Positions 18,763 to 27,697 of a stretch of 64,000 bases of DNA are shown piece by piece. The first letter of the stretch is position 1; each line of letters begins with the position of its first letter. Source of the DNA: Nitrosopumilus sp. (GTDB taxonomy: Archaea > Thermoproteota > Nitrososphaeria > Nitrososphaerales > Nitrosopumilaceae); contig OZ244650.1 of the NCBI GenBank assembly GCA_965218785.1, positions 604,110 to 668,109 on the forward strand, in the 5' to 3' direction. Position numbers and translations under genes: made by a program. The notes below the pieces were generated by a model. That model was not told the DNA's origin. It did not search any database and saw only the letters and a program-made list of their open reading frames with translations.

Positions 18763-19464
18763 TCAGATTTTTCCAAGCTTTTGAATATAGCGTTGATGTG
18801 CCTTTTCGTAGGATGATTTGTCACCAATATCTGTAAATCCGTTCCTTGTTCTAAAACTGCTGATCAGTTTTTTTCTGTTCATTGCCTTTCTGATAAGATC
18901 ATCCATCCCATATGGCCGATTCTTTGGAATATAGCTCAGGACCTTGGGTTCCATGACGTAACATCCCATGTTTACATCAGCCTTAATCTCTGGTTTTTCA
19001 TTCCAACTCTGAACTTTTCCTGTTTTTAAAGTCTCAATTACGCCATATGGCAGGTTGGTTTTATACTCGTTAAGACTAATTGTGACAAATGCCTTTTTCT
19101 TCCGGTGCTGTTTTATCATGTTTCTAAGGCTAAAATCAAAGACAGAATCCCCATACATGCACACAAAAGTATCATCTATGAAATTCTCCGCGGTTTTGAG
19201 CTGGCCTGCAGTAGCTAGCGGCCTGTTTGAAACTGCATATTCAATATCCACCCCGAAACTCTTTCCGTCTTCAAAATAGTCTTCGATTGTTTTTTTAAGA
19301 TAACTGACACACAAAACAACTGATTTTACACCATTTTTTTTGGTCCAATCAATTAGATGCTCTAGTATCGGCTTTTCACCTAGTGGCAGCATCGGTTTTG
19401 GGATAAATGACGTGTATGGTAAAAGCCTTGTACCTAGTCCCCCGGCAAGAATCACTGCTTTCAC
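18763..19464 (-). CDS. Sugar-phosphate nucleotidyltransferase
   Basis: ILAGGLGTRL, PKPMLP, YGDS. Confidence 0.88.
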   Translation of the reverse strand: MKAVILAGGLGTRLLPYTSFIPKPMLPLGEKPILEHLIDWTKKNGVKSVVLCVSYLKKTIEDYFEDGKSFGVDIEYAVSNRPLATAGQLKTAENFIDDTFVCMYGDSVFDFSLRNMIKQHRKKKAFVTISLNEYKTNLPYGVIETLKTGKVQSWNEKPEIKADVNMGCYVMEPKVLSYIPKNRPYGMDDLIRKAMNRKKLISSFRTRNGFTDIGDKSSYEKAHQRYIQKLGKI

Positions 19465-19513
19465 AAACCCTGTTTGCTTGATGACTATTTATGTAAGTAT
19501 GTATTGGGCGGGA

Positions 19514-20809
19514 TTAAATAACCTTCAAAATCTTTTTCACTATGCTGTCCGGGGTTTTTCCAAAAACTATGATCATCGGTTCTTTCCCGAAATCCCCCTT
19601 GTGAAACACGATGTCAGGTGCCTTGTTTAAATTTCTAATCGAGTTTTTAATTCCCCATTCTATGGTGGAATGCCCTACCTTTACATTTTTGGGCTCTTGA
19701 CTCCTATCATAACTAGAAAAGGTCATTTTTGATTTTTTGATTTTTGATATGGTGACATCCTGGTATTTGAGATTTATTGCCGAGCATACCTGCGGAAATT
19801 TTTTATTGACTGCAAGCAGTGCTGTTGCAACATGTTTTGAGCCACCGTATCTCAGGTCGCCTGCAACAATGACGTCTCTTCCGGATTTTACAATTCTTCC
19901 TGCGATGCCCAGAACATCCCCTGTCGTTTCTGGTTTTTGTCTGGAACTTACAAAATTTGTCTGGCATTCTGGAATATTTTTATAGATATTTTTAATCCCT
20001 ACAAATTCATTGATTGCCTCTGATAATTCTGACTTTATGCTGTCCTGCCCAGTGCTGGTTATGGCGATTCCCCTTCCGAGCATCTTTGCATTTTTTATTG
20101 AATCATAGGCGAATTGCTTTGCAAATTTCACCGATTCCTGCATGCTGTCCCCCTTTACAAATGCAAAAAGCATGGCTGCAGAGTAGTTGCATCCGCTCCC
20201 ATGGTTGATTTTGGAAATTTTATCCCCTGAAACAACGTATTGCTTTTCTCTCTCCAATACAAAATCCGATATCTGGTTGTCTTTTCCATCAATTCCGGTG
20301 ATTACCACATTTTGTGCCCCCATCTTTTGAATTATTTTTGCAACTTTTTTGGGTGAATTTTTTGCATCGATTCTGGTTTTTGAGAGGATTTCTGCCTCAA
20401 ATCTGTTTGGTGTAATTATCGTGGCAAGAGGAATGATTAATTTTTGAAAATCCTTGATGGCAGAGTCTTTAATTAATAATCCTCCCGTGGTTGATTTTAT
20501 TACCGGATCAACTACTATGGGAATTTTTAATTTTTCTAGTTTTTGATGTACTGTTTGGATGGTTTTTGAATCATACACCATTCCAATTTTTATTCCGTCA
20601 ATCTTAAAATCCGACATTACCGAGTTTAACTGGCTTTTTAGAGCATTACGTGAGACTGGTTCGCTTGTATCAAATTTTGTGGTGTTTTGACTGGTAATTG
20701 CGGTAATTACTGTCAAACAATGCGCGTCTAGCAAAGAAAACGCCCTGATGTCACTTTGAATGCCAGCTCCTGATGAAGGATCCGATCCCCCGATAGAAAG
20801 TAAATTCAC
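19514..20809 (-). CDS. thiDN: Bifunctional hydroxymethylpyrimidine kinase / thiamine-phosphate synthase (ThiD-ThiN)
   Basis: GGSDPSSGAGIQSD, VDPV, TPNRFE, HGSGC; C-terminal ThiN motifs IPECQTN, GGSKHVA, GKEPMI. Confidence 0.9.
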   Translation of the reverse strand: MNLLSIGGSDPSSGAGIQSDIRAFSLLDAHCLTVITAITSQNTTKFDTSEPVSRNALKSQLNSVMSDFKIDGIKIGMVYDSKTIQTVHQKLEKLKIPIVVDPVIKSTTGGLLIKDSAIKDFQKLIIPLATIITPNRFEAEILSKTRIDAKNSPKKVAKIIQKMGAQNVVITGIDGKDNQISDFVLEREKQYVVSGDKISKINHGSGCNYSAAMLFAFVKGDSMQESVKFAKQFAYDSIKNAKMLGRGIAITSTGQDSIKSELSEAINEFVGIKNIYKNIPECQTNFVSSRQKPETTGDVLGIAGRIVKSGRDVIVAGDLRYGGSKHVATALLAVNKKFPQVCSAINLKYQDVTISKIKKSKMTFSSYDRSQEPKNVKVGHSTIEWGIKNSIRNLNKAPDIVFHKGDFGKEPMIIVFGKTPDSIVKKILKVI

Positions 20810-20914
20810 ACCGTCTTGCAGTTCTTTGCATTAATCTATTTTTCCTTTAATCCCAAATCTTGATTCGATGGTCTGTGATAGCTGTTTATAGTTGATCGAT
20901 TCTGTTTTATCTGA

Positions 20915-21106
20915 TTGACTAAAATTCCTTTAATTGATGACATGCCTCTCGAGGAATTACGGTGTACGACCTGTTTGCTGCCTATGCAGTACCAGACAAA
21001 AAAAGACGGCAAATTCCTGTGGCAGTGCTTCAAATGCGGAAAACGTTACCTTGTTTCAAACAATGACGATGATCATGTTGAAGAGAGTTGGAGTCCCCCT
21101 AGGTGA
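20915..21106 (+). CDS. Small CxxC-CxxC zinc-finger protein
   Basis: CTTC...CFKCG; start uncertain. Confidence 0.5.
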   Translation: MTKIPLIDDMPLEELRCTTCLLPMQYQTKKDGKFLWQCFKCGKRYLVSNNDDDHVEESWSPPR

Positions 21107-21239
21107 TGGTATCTCTGAAATAGAATACTATAATCCAAAAATCAAAAACTGAGATTGTGTTACACTGTACCATCCGTGTTTACCCGTTTTCATCTGGGAT
21201 CAACGTCTATACTATATACCACGTACACTACAATATACT

Positions 21240-21476
21240 GTGAGTGGAATATCTAGTATCAGGGTATCTAAAGAATCCAAACAACGTTGGGAAAACTACA
21301 AGATTTATCCCAAAGAAAGCATGGAAGATTTGATAAATCGTGTTTTCGCACTAGCTTATGAGACAAAAGAGCCATTTGATGAGGCTGATTTGACTGATAT
21401 TGAAAAATCTCTTGATGATTTTAGAAACAACAGGTATCAGAGCACTGATCAGCTTCTCAAAGAGCTAAAATCTTGA
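21240..21476 (+). CDS. Putative archaeal antitoxin (RelE partner type)
   Basis: SIRVSKESK...ESMEDLINR...DIEKSLDDFRNNRYQSTDQLLKEL pattern; its stop overlaps the start of a RelE-like remnant. Confidence 0.65.
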   Translation: MSGISSIRVSKESKQRWENYKIYPKESMEDLINRVFALAYETKEPFDEADLTDIEKSLDDFRNNRYQSTDQLLKELKS

Positions 21477-21660
21477 GCTGGAATTCTGTGGTCTGATACT
21501 GCCATCAAACAACTAGAAATTCACAAAACAAGATCAGAATGCTGGCAAAAACAAAAGATGTAGAATCTGATCCGTTTGGATGTATTTCAAAACTTTGAGT
21601 AACCATGATGCCTGTTCAGTTGCAGAAGAGATAATACACCCGTCTGAATCATCGAAAAAA
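21473..21660 (+). pseudogene. Frameshifted RelE/ParE-like toxin remnant
   Basis: Pieces in alternating frames: MSW / ILWSDTAIKQLE / RMLAKTKDVESDPFG..SKL / SNHDA. Confidence 0.55.
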
Positions 21661-21726
21661 ATCACGTCAGTTCTACGAGTTTTGGATTTTGTTAATACTT
21701 GCCCTCCTTACGCAAAACCCGTGATT

Positions 21727-23004
21727 CTAACCCAGAATCACGCCTATATCCATAAGATTTGTGTGGGTAAAACCAGTTACGATGTTTGCTTTTTGTTTTT
21801 GAAAGAACCTGCCTGAATCATTATTTTTGAGGAATTCCTTGGTTATCCTCGAGTCCATTTTTGTATTTTCAGTTATTGCCCCTGCAAAAACAGAGTTTCC
21901 ATCAATTCCATCCGTACCCATACATGCAATGACAATCTTTTTTATTTTTTGCGTGTTTTTTAAAATTCTCAGGGCTAATTCCTGATTTCTTCCACCCATT
22001 CCTTTGCCGCGAACCTTTAGCGTTGTTTCTCCTCCGAAAATAAGACATGTTTTTTGTTCTTCTGAAATGTTTTCGAGAATTTTTCTAGTCGCGTCTTTGA
22101 TGTTTTCAAAAATCTGGATTGTAACTACTTTGTAACCCATCTTCTCGGCTGTCTTTTGCATCTCTTTTAGGCAGTTACTGTTATTTGCAATGACGGTATT
22201 CTCAATTTTTGGCTTTGTTGTAATTTTGGCATCCTCCCTTTTCTGTCCTTCTTTTAATATCTGCAGAACTTCCAAAGGCATCTTCCTTTTAATCTTGTAT
22301 TTTTCTAAAATGTCAAAGACATCTGAAAACGTCGTATCATCCATGTATGTGGTACCTGACGCAATAGATGACATGTCATCGTCTTGCACATCTGACATTA
22401 TCAGACCCAGACCATGACACCTCATATTTTGAATCAATCTGCCCCCCTTGATCTTTGATAGATGTTTTCTAACACAATTAAACTCCTGAATTGTGGCACC
22501 TGATTTTAACAGCAGATCCGTAACATAGATTTTATCATTCAGGGTAATCCCGTCTGGCATTGCAAGCAGTGACGAACCTCCTCCCGAAACAAGAAAAATT
22601 ACCATCTCATCACTCCGTTTGTTTTGGAGAAATTTTATCACCTCTTTTGCCGCCTTTACGCTTGTTTTATCTGGTTTGGGATGTCCAGAGTTGAAGATCT
22701 GAAATTTTTTACCCTTGATTCTGGATTTTGAGCCCTTGGGGATTATCACAATTCCGCTTTTTATTGGAATTACTGCATTAAGTGCCCTGGTCATAGAATC
22801 CCCTGCCTTGCCAAATGCCACAGAATAGATGTTAGAATACCCCTCAATATTGACTGACTTTGCCCCAATCCTGATTTCATTAGGTGTCACAAACTTTGGA
22901 ATTATATTTTGAGGATCTGCTGCATAAAGAGCCGCCTCCAAAATTTCAAGACATTCTTTTTTCTTATCCGTAGTTGCCAGTTCTTCGAAATTCTTGATAA
23001 TCAT
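21727..23004 (-). CDS. Glycerate 2-kinase (MOFRL family)
   Basis: AFGKAG, SGHPKPD, LVSGGGSSL, GGETT, GGRNQE, GTDGIDG, TNLMD. Confidence 0.9.
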   Translation of the reverse strand: MIIKNFEELATTDKKKECLEILEAALYAADPQNIIPKFVTPNEIRIGAKSVNIEGYSNIYSVAFGKAGDSMTRALNAVIPIKSGIVIIPKGSKSRIKGKKFQIFNSGHPKPDKTSVKAAKEVIKFLQNKRSDEMVIFLVSGGGSSLLAMPDGITLNDKIYVTDLLLKSGATIQEFNCVRKHLSKIKGGRLIQNMRCHGLGLIMSDVQDDDMSSIASGTTYMDDTTFSDVFDILEKYKIKRKMPLEVLQILKEGQKREDAKITTKPKIENTVIANNSNCLKEMQKTAEKMGYKVVTIQIFENIKDATRKILENISEEQKTCLIFGGETTLKVRGKGMGGRNQELALRILKNTQKIKKIVIACMGTDGIDGNSVFAGAITENTKMDSRITKEFLKNNDSGRFFQKQKANIVTGFTHTNLMDIGVILG

Positions 23005-23055
23005 TACAATTACCAATAATGCAAGATATATAATCGTCAATGATTTTTTTATTTT

Positions 23056-24000
23056 ATGCACACAGTACATATTCCAAAAGTTATCAAATTTGGTGAAAAT
23101 GCACTTGCTGAGACAGAGTATCCCAAAAATGCCCTTGTAGTAACTACTGCCACTCCTGAACTATCTGGAAAATGGCTTGAGAAAATGGGCATTCAAGATT
23201 ACATGCTTTATGATAAGGTAAATCCAGAACCATCAATTGATGATGTTAATTCATTAATTGCTGAATTTAAAGATAAAAAACCATCCATCCTGATCGGATT
23301 GGGCGGTGGCAGCTCATTGGATGTTGTAAAATATTCCGCTCAGGACTTTGGAGTAGAAAAGATCCTGATTCCAACCACGTTTGGAACAGGAGCTGAAATG
23401 ACAACATACTGCGTTTTGAAATTTGATGGCAAAAAGAAACTGTTACATGAAGATCGGTTCCTTGCAGATATGGCCGTTGTTGATTCATATTTTTTGAAAG
23501 GCACTCCACAACAAATCGTAAATAATTCTGTCTGTGATGCCTGCGCCCAAGCAACAGAAGGTTATGATAGCAAGCTTGGAAATGACCTGACAAGAACGCT
23601 GTGCAAGCAGGCATTTGATATTCTGTATGATGCAATTATGAATGACAAACCAGAGAACTATCCATACGGCTCAATGCTGTCTGGAATGGGATTTGGAAAT
23701 TGCTCAACAACCCTTGGACACGCACTGTCATATGTGTTCTCAAACGAGGGAGTACCCCACGGTTACTCGCTATCATCTTGTACCACGGTGGCACACAAGC
23801 ACAACAAGTCAATCTTTTATGATAAATTCAAGCAGGCCATGGAAAAGCTCGGTTTTGATAAATTAGACCTCAAGGCTGATGCATCACAGGCCGCAGATGT
23901 TGTAATGACTGACAAGGGACATTTGGATCCAAACCCGATTCCAATATCCAAAGAAGACGTCATAAAATGTCTTAATGACATCAAAACAGGCAATTTGTAA
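23056..24000 (+). CDS. Fe-containing alcohol dehydrogenase family; probable malonic semialdehyde reductase of the 3HP/4HB cycle (Nmar_1110-like)
   Basis: GGGSSLD, PTTFGTGAE, DACAQATE, GHALSY, PHG; closely resembles my recollection of the N. maritimus enzyme. Confidence 0.8.
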   Translation: MHTVHIPKVIKFGENALAETEYPKNALVVTTATPELSGKWLEKMGIQDYMLYDKVNPEPSIDDVNSLIAEFKDKKPSILIGLGGGSSLDVVKYSAQDFGVEKILIPTTFGTGAEMTTYCVLKFDGKKKLLHEDRFLADMAVVDSYFLKGTPQQIVNNSVCDACAQATEGYDSKLGNDLTRTLCKQAFDILYDAIMNDKPENYPYGSMLSGMGFGNCSTTLGHALSYVFSNEGVPHGYSLSSCTTVAHKHNKSIFYDKFKQAMEKLGFDKLDLKADASQAADVVMTDKGHLDPNPIPISKEDVIKCLNDIKTGNL

Positions 24001-24100
24001 AAATATTCCCATTTTTTATCTTTTTTATATTCTCTTGATAAACTGCGAAATTGGCAGCTTGTCTAAACTTATTTATTCTAATATCTAGACTTAAAGGTAC

Positions 24101-25201
24101 TTGACTCAAAACAAGCTCAAATTTGGCATTCAAAACGGCCTAAATGTTGCAAGAGCAGGTTATACTGAAGACCAGATTTTGACTGCATGTATGCTTGCAG
24201 ACAAAACAGGTTATGACTCTATCTTCTATATGGATCACACCAATGTACCACAATGGAAAAACGCCATCGTCTTGGATCCCTGGGTTATGTTATCTGCAAT
24301 AGCTGCGATAACAAATAATGTGGAACTGGGAACCTGCGTAACTGATGCAATCCGAAGACATCCATCTAACATCGCACTAGCTGCAATCACACTTGACCGG
24401 GTTTCAAAAGGCAGGGCGATTCTTGGTATTGGCGCCGGTGAGGCTCAAAATCTTAAGGAATTTTGCATTCCGTTTGAAAAACCGGTTTCAAAGTGGGAGG
24501 AACAAATCGAAACCATTCACACATTGTATGAATCAACTCCGGATAACACGGTAAATTATGATGGGAAATACTACAAACTTGAAGGTGCATGTCTGCAGGC
24601 TCCGCCAATTAGAAAACCACGTCCTCCAACCTACATGGCCGCCGGTGGCAAGCGCACGCTTGGATTGACTGGCAAGCTTGGTGATGGCTGGCTGCCCATC
24701 GGTTACACTCCGATTCTCTTTGCAGATCACAAGGCACAAATCAAAAAATCCATGGATGAAAACAACAGAACCCAAGAAGAAAAAGACAACTTTGAATTTG
24801 CACTTGATATTGACGTATACTTTTCTGAGGATGCAGAGGAATCCTGGGCAAGAATGAAGGAGGCAGTCAAAGTCAGCCTGTTCAAACCTGAAATCTTGAG
24901 AGTTCACGGACTAAAAGAAATTGAGGGATTTGACTTTAGAAAATACTTTACAGAATATTCAATGTCTAATCAGGATTGGATTGTAAAAATGAGGGAGGCT
25001 GCAACTAAAATTCCCGAATCAGTAGCCCGTTCTTCCACTGCTGTTGGCACGCCTGATGATATAATTCCGACATTTGAAAAATTCATGGATGCCGGTGTTA
25101 ATCACTTTGTAATTAGATTCTGGGGTAAGAACTACTTTGGCTCCATTGACAAATTCGCAAGTCATGTGATGCCGGCACTTCGAGAAAGGGCCAAGCAATG
25201 A
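24101..25201 (+). CDS. Luciferase-like (LLM), probably F420-dependent, oxidoreductase
   Basis: GYDSIFYMDH, DPWVMLSAIAA, RAILGIGAG, GDGWLP, AGVNHFVI. Confidence 0.88.
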   Translation: MTQNKLKFGIQNGLNVARAGYTEDQILTACMLADKTGYDSIFYMDHTNVPQWKNAIVLDPWVMLSAIAAITNNVELGTCVTDAIRRHPSNIALAAITLDRVSKGRAILGIGAGEAQNLKEFCIPFEKPVSKWEEQIETIHTLYESTPDNTVNYDGKYYKLEGACLQAPPIRKPRPPTYMAAGGKRTLGLTGKLGDGWLPIGYTPILFADHKAQIKKSMDENNRTQEEKDNFEFALDIDVYFSEDAEESWARMKEAVKVSLFKPEILRVHGLKEIEGFDFRKYFTEYSMSNQDWIVKMREAATKIPESVARSSTAVGTPDDIIPTFEKFMDAGVNHFVIRFWGKNYFGSIDKFASHVMPALRERAKQ

Positions 25202-25243
25202 CTTTTCCATATCCAGAATCATTCACACTGCCAGTTAAGAATA

Positions 25244-25483
25244 ATGATCGATGACGAGCTTCCCAAGACAGTAAAAAAATGTCTTGATATTTTAAAAGAA
25301 AATGTGGAAATTCTGGCAAATCTTGAGTTTGATTTGGACTCTGAGATCGAGGATGAATTAATGACAGATATGCAATTACATCAGTTATATGACATGACTG
25401 AGGATGTGGCACAATCCTCAAAAATCAAGCGTGCAGAATCCCATCTAGTAAGAAGAAAAGCAGATGATCCATCTAATTTATGA
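25244..25483 (+). CDS. Small acidic hypothetical protein
   Basis: 79-aa ORF; no motif. Confidence 0.4.
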   Translation: MIDDELPKTVKKCLDILKENVEILANLEFDLDSEIEDELMTDMQLHQLYDMTEDVAQSSKIKRAESHLVRRKADDPSNL

Positions 25484-25882
25484 TTTATGAGGTCTTTTGC
25501 TTTTTGCAAATGATTTGGTCCTGCGTTTGTTTCTCTGTTTTTCCAGCCTTTTTCTTGTACGTTCAGTGGATTTTGTTGAACCATGAATAATCTTTGTTTT
25601 GCTTCCGTCCTTTAACATGATCTCCTTTCCCTTGAATCTAAACTCCACATCCCTGCATTTGATATAGTATTTTTTAAGACAGAAAAATATCCTGTTGTTT
25701 GTACCGCGCATGTCCTTGATCTCTTTTGATTTTTTTAACTCATTGATGATATTGCGCAGTAATCCTTTGTCAATATCTGTAATTCTGTGCAGCTCTCTGA
25801 ACCAGATGAATCTTGATTTGCCCCCCCATTCCTCTAAAACATCCAAAACCTGCCGTGTATATTCCTCATTTATCTTGCTCAT
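25478..25882 (-). CDS. Hypothetical basic protein, possible winged helix-turn-helix
   Basis: FRELHRITDIDKGLLRNIINEL...GTNNRIFF resembles a wHTH. Confidence 0.5.
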   Translation of the reverse strand: MSKINEEYTRQVLDVLEEWGGKSRFIWFRELHRITDIDKGLLRNIINELKKSKEIKDMRGTNNRIFFCLKKYYIKCRDVEFRFKGKEIMLKDGSKTKIIHGSTKSTERTRKRLEKQRNKRRTKSFAKSKRPHKS

Positions 25883-26133
25883 AGCTGTCTTGGGGTGTCC
25901 CCGTATTTTAGGGATTGATTAATAAAAAATTTGGATGAAAAAAGTCAAATTTTAGAATGTTTGCCATTTTTGGTTATTTTTGTAATGGATGTCATGAGCG
26001 TGGAATTAAAAAATGAATGCGCTGCACTAGAATGCAGAATTTTGGAAATCAAGGCACTCGAAAAGGAATTAGACGAATACTAGTAGTCATTTCTGGGACT
26101 GCTCGATTTATAAAATGATTTTTCATAACCTTT

Positions 26134-26769
26134 GTGTTGAAACTAGTGGGGATACTGCAGATCAAATCATATGAAAAAATCAAGGAATTTCTGCAAAAAG
26201 AGCACGTTGGAAGAATCTCTAGTATTGATGGGGATGGATTTCCTCAGATAATTCCGATGAATTTTGTTCTTTTAGATGATTTTATCTACATGCACTCTCA
26301 CATCAAGGGTGAAAAACTGGATAATATTTCTAAAAACAACAAGGTCGGCTTTGAAGCGGACAGGGAACTAGAGTTCCTGCCATCCTATTTTGAGGATCCA
26401 CAAGATGCATCCCTGGCAGATACCCTGTACATCAGTGTTGTAGTCAAGGGTCTGGGTTCTCTTGTTGATGACAGGGAGGAAAAAACGCTTGCGCTAAACG
26501 GATTGATGGAAAAATATCAGCCTGAGGGGCAGTATGAGCCGATCAGAGCAGACATGCAGGTCCTGGATCATGTTGCGGTAATCAAGATAGTCCCGCAGAT
26601 ACTGCATGGAAAATACAAGATTGGTCAGAATGTAAATCCTGAAAAAAGAATGGTTCTGGCACAAAAAATTCTAAAAAGAAATTCCCCCACTGCCGGACAA
26701 ACCCTGAAAGTTATGGGCTTTGAGGTTTCTGATGACGGACTCAAGATGGTTGATGAGCCCGTATGGTAG
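26134..26769 (+). CDS. Pyridoxamine 5'-phosphate oxidase-like flavin-binding protein (NimA-like)
   Basis: GRISSID, PQIIPMNF, HSHIKGEKLDNI, YISVVVKG. Confidence 0.85.
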   Translation: MLKLVGILQIKSYEKIKEFLQKEHVGRISSIDGDGFPQIIPMNFVLLDDFIYMHSHIKGEKLDNISKNNKVGFEADRELEFLPSYFEDPQDASLADTLYISVVVKGLGSLVDDREEKTLALNGLMEKYQPEGQYEPIRADMQVLDHVAVIKIVPQILHGKYKIGQNVNPEKRMVLAQKILKRNSPTAGQTLKVMGFEVSDDGLKMVDEPVW

Positions 26770-27015
26770 ACTGATAACAAGTCGACTGTTGTCTAAAGTA
26801 TTTTCTGTCATATTTGGCATCTGGGTGCAATGCATGATTGTGATTGCAAGTTTACACCTCTTTATTTACAGTAAATCTTTGTATGGATGCGTTTTTTGTT
26901 CTCTGCGATTAGTTTGAGAATATTTCATAAATCTTGATTTCTGAGTTTGATACAGATTTGCATAGTATCATTAGATCGGATTGATCATAATTGCCCTTTG
27001 TTGAATCTGACGTTT

Positions 27016-27056
27016 TGGTGCATTTTGGTAATCAGATCGCTAGAATCCACCAGAAC
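27016..27056. repeat. 41-bp direct repeat, copy 1 (imperfect palindrome)
   Basis: TGGTGCATTTTGGTAATCAGATCGCTAGAATCCACCAGAAC; 40/41 identical to 27597-27637. Confidence 0.95.
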
Positions 27057-27088
27057 CACCCAAAATTACTTTGTAAGGCTAAAAAGAA

Positions 27089-27319
27089 TTATTTATCTTC
27101 ATTACATTTGCTGTAAATTACCTTAAAAAATGGAAATGGCAGTTTCATAACATTAAGATATTTGGTAATTTGATCTTCTCTTAATTTATTCTTCTTTGCA
27201 ATGACAACCCTGCTCATCTGTGGATGTTGGAAGAACAAAAAACCTGATGATAAAGTAGGTACCTGAGTGTAACCAAGTGTGACTAAAACTTTTTTAAAAT
27301 GATGCCAATTAAACTTCAA
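27089..27319 (-). CDS. HicA-like toxin
   Basis: Size and pattern FKKVLVTLGY...GFLFFQHP...VVI; downstream of and overlapping a HicB-like ORF. Confidence 0.55.
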   Translation of the reverse strand: MKFNWHHFKKVLVTLGYTQVPTLSSGFLFFQHPQMSRVVIAKKNKLREDQITKYLNVMKLPFPFFKVIYSKCNEDK

Positions 27320-27527
27320 TGAAGTTGGTCTCTATCATTTTGTTATCTGGAGTAAAAAACTCCATTTTGGTTTCTGGAAATGCTTCCACATACCCTTTGA
27401 CAATCTCTTTGAAATTTGATTTTATCTCTGTCTTGTTTTTACCAACTACAATTATTTCCGGATTATCCAAACATTGAGCTAGCATACCCTCCTTGGTCTT
27501 TGTTAACTTTACCTGTAATATTGTCAT
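27309..27527 (-). CDS. Short HicB-like antitoxin
   Basis: VKLTKTKEGMLAQCLDNPEIIVVGKNKTEIKSNFKEIVKGYV fits the HicB N-terminal partial RNase H fold pattern. Confidence 0.6.
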   Translation of the reverse strand: MTILQVKLTKTKEGMLAQCLDNPEIIVVGKNKTEIKSNFKEIVKGYVEAFPETKMEFFTPDNKMIETNFIEV

Positions 27528-27596
27528 GATAATTAATATTAAAATTATTATATATATGTATTATCAATCAAAGGTTGAGTTTTTGATTAATCCTTC

Positions 27597-27637
27597 TGGT
27601 GCATTTTGGTGATCAGATCGCTAGAATCCACCAGAAC
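27597..27637. repeat. 41-bp direct repeat, copy 2 (imperfect palindrome)
   Basis: TGGTGCATTTTGGTGATCAGATCGCTAGAATCCACCAGAAC. Confidence 0.95.
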
Positions 27638-27667
27638 TAAATCTGAGATCATCTGATATCTGATTGC

Positions 27668-27675
27668 TTTAAATT
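27668..27675 (+). promoter_or_regulatory. Putative TATA box for uvrBAC (leaderless)
   Basis: TTTAAATT centred about 27 bp upstream of the uvrB TTG start. Confidence 0.4.
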
Positions 27676-27697
27676 CAGTTTTCAGGGACTGTATCCA

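Noticed and set aside
27012-27637. Classical integron attC sites
   Set aside because: The arms read GTT...AAC, the opposite of the RYYYAAC...GTTRRRY attC arrangement, and no IntI gene is present. Kept as an unexplained hairpin repeat instead.
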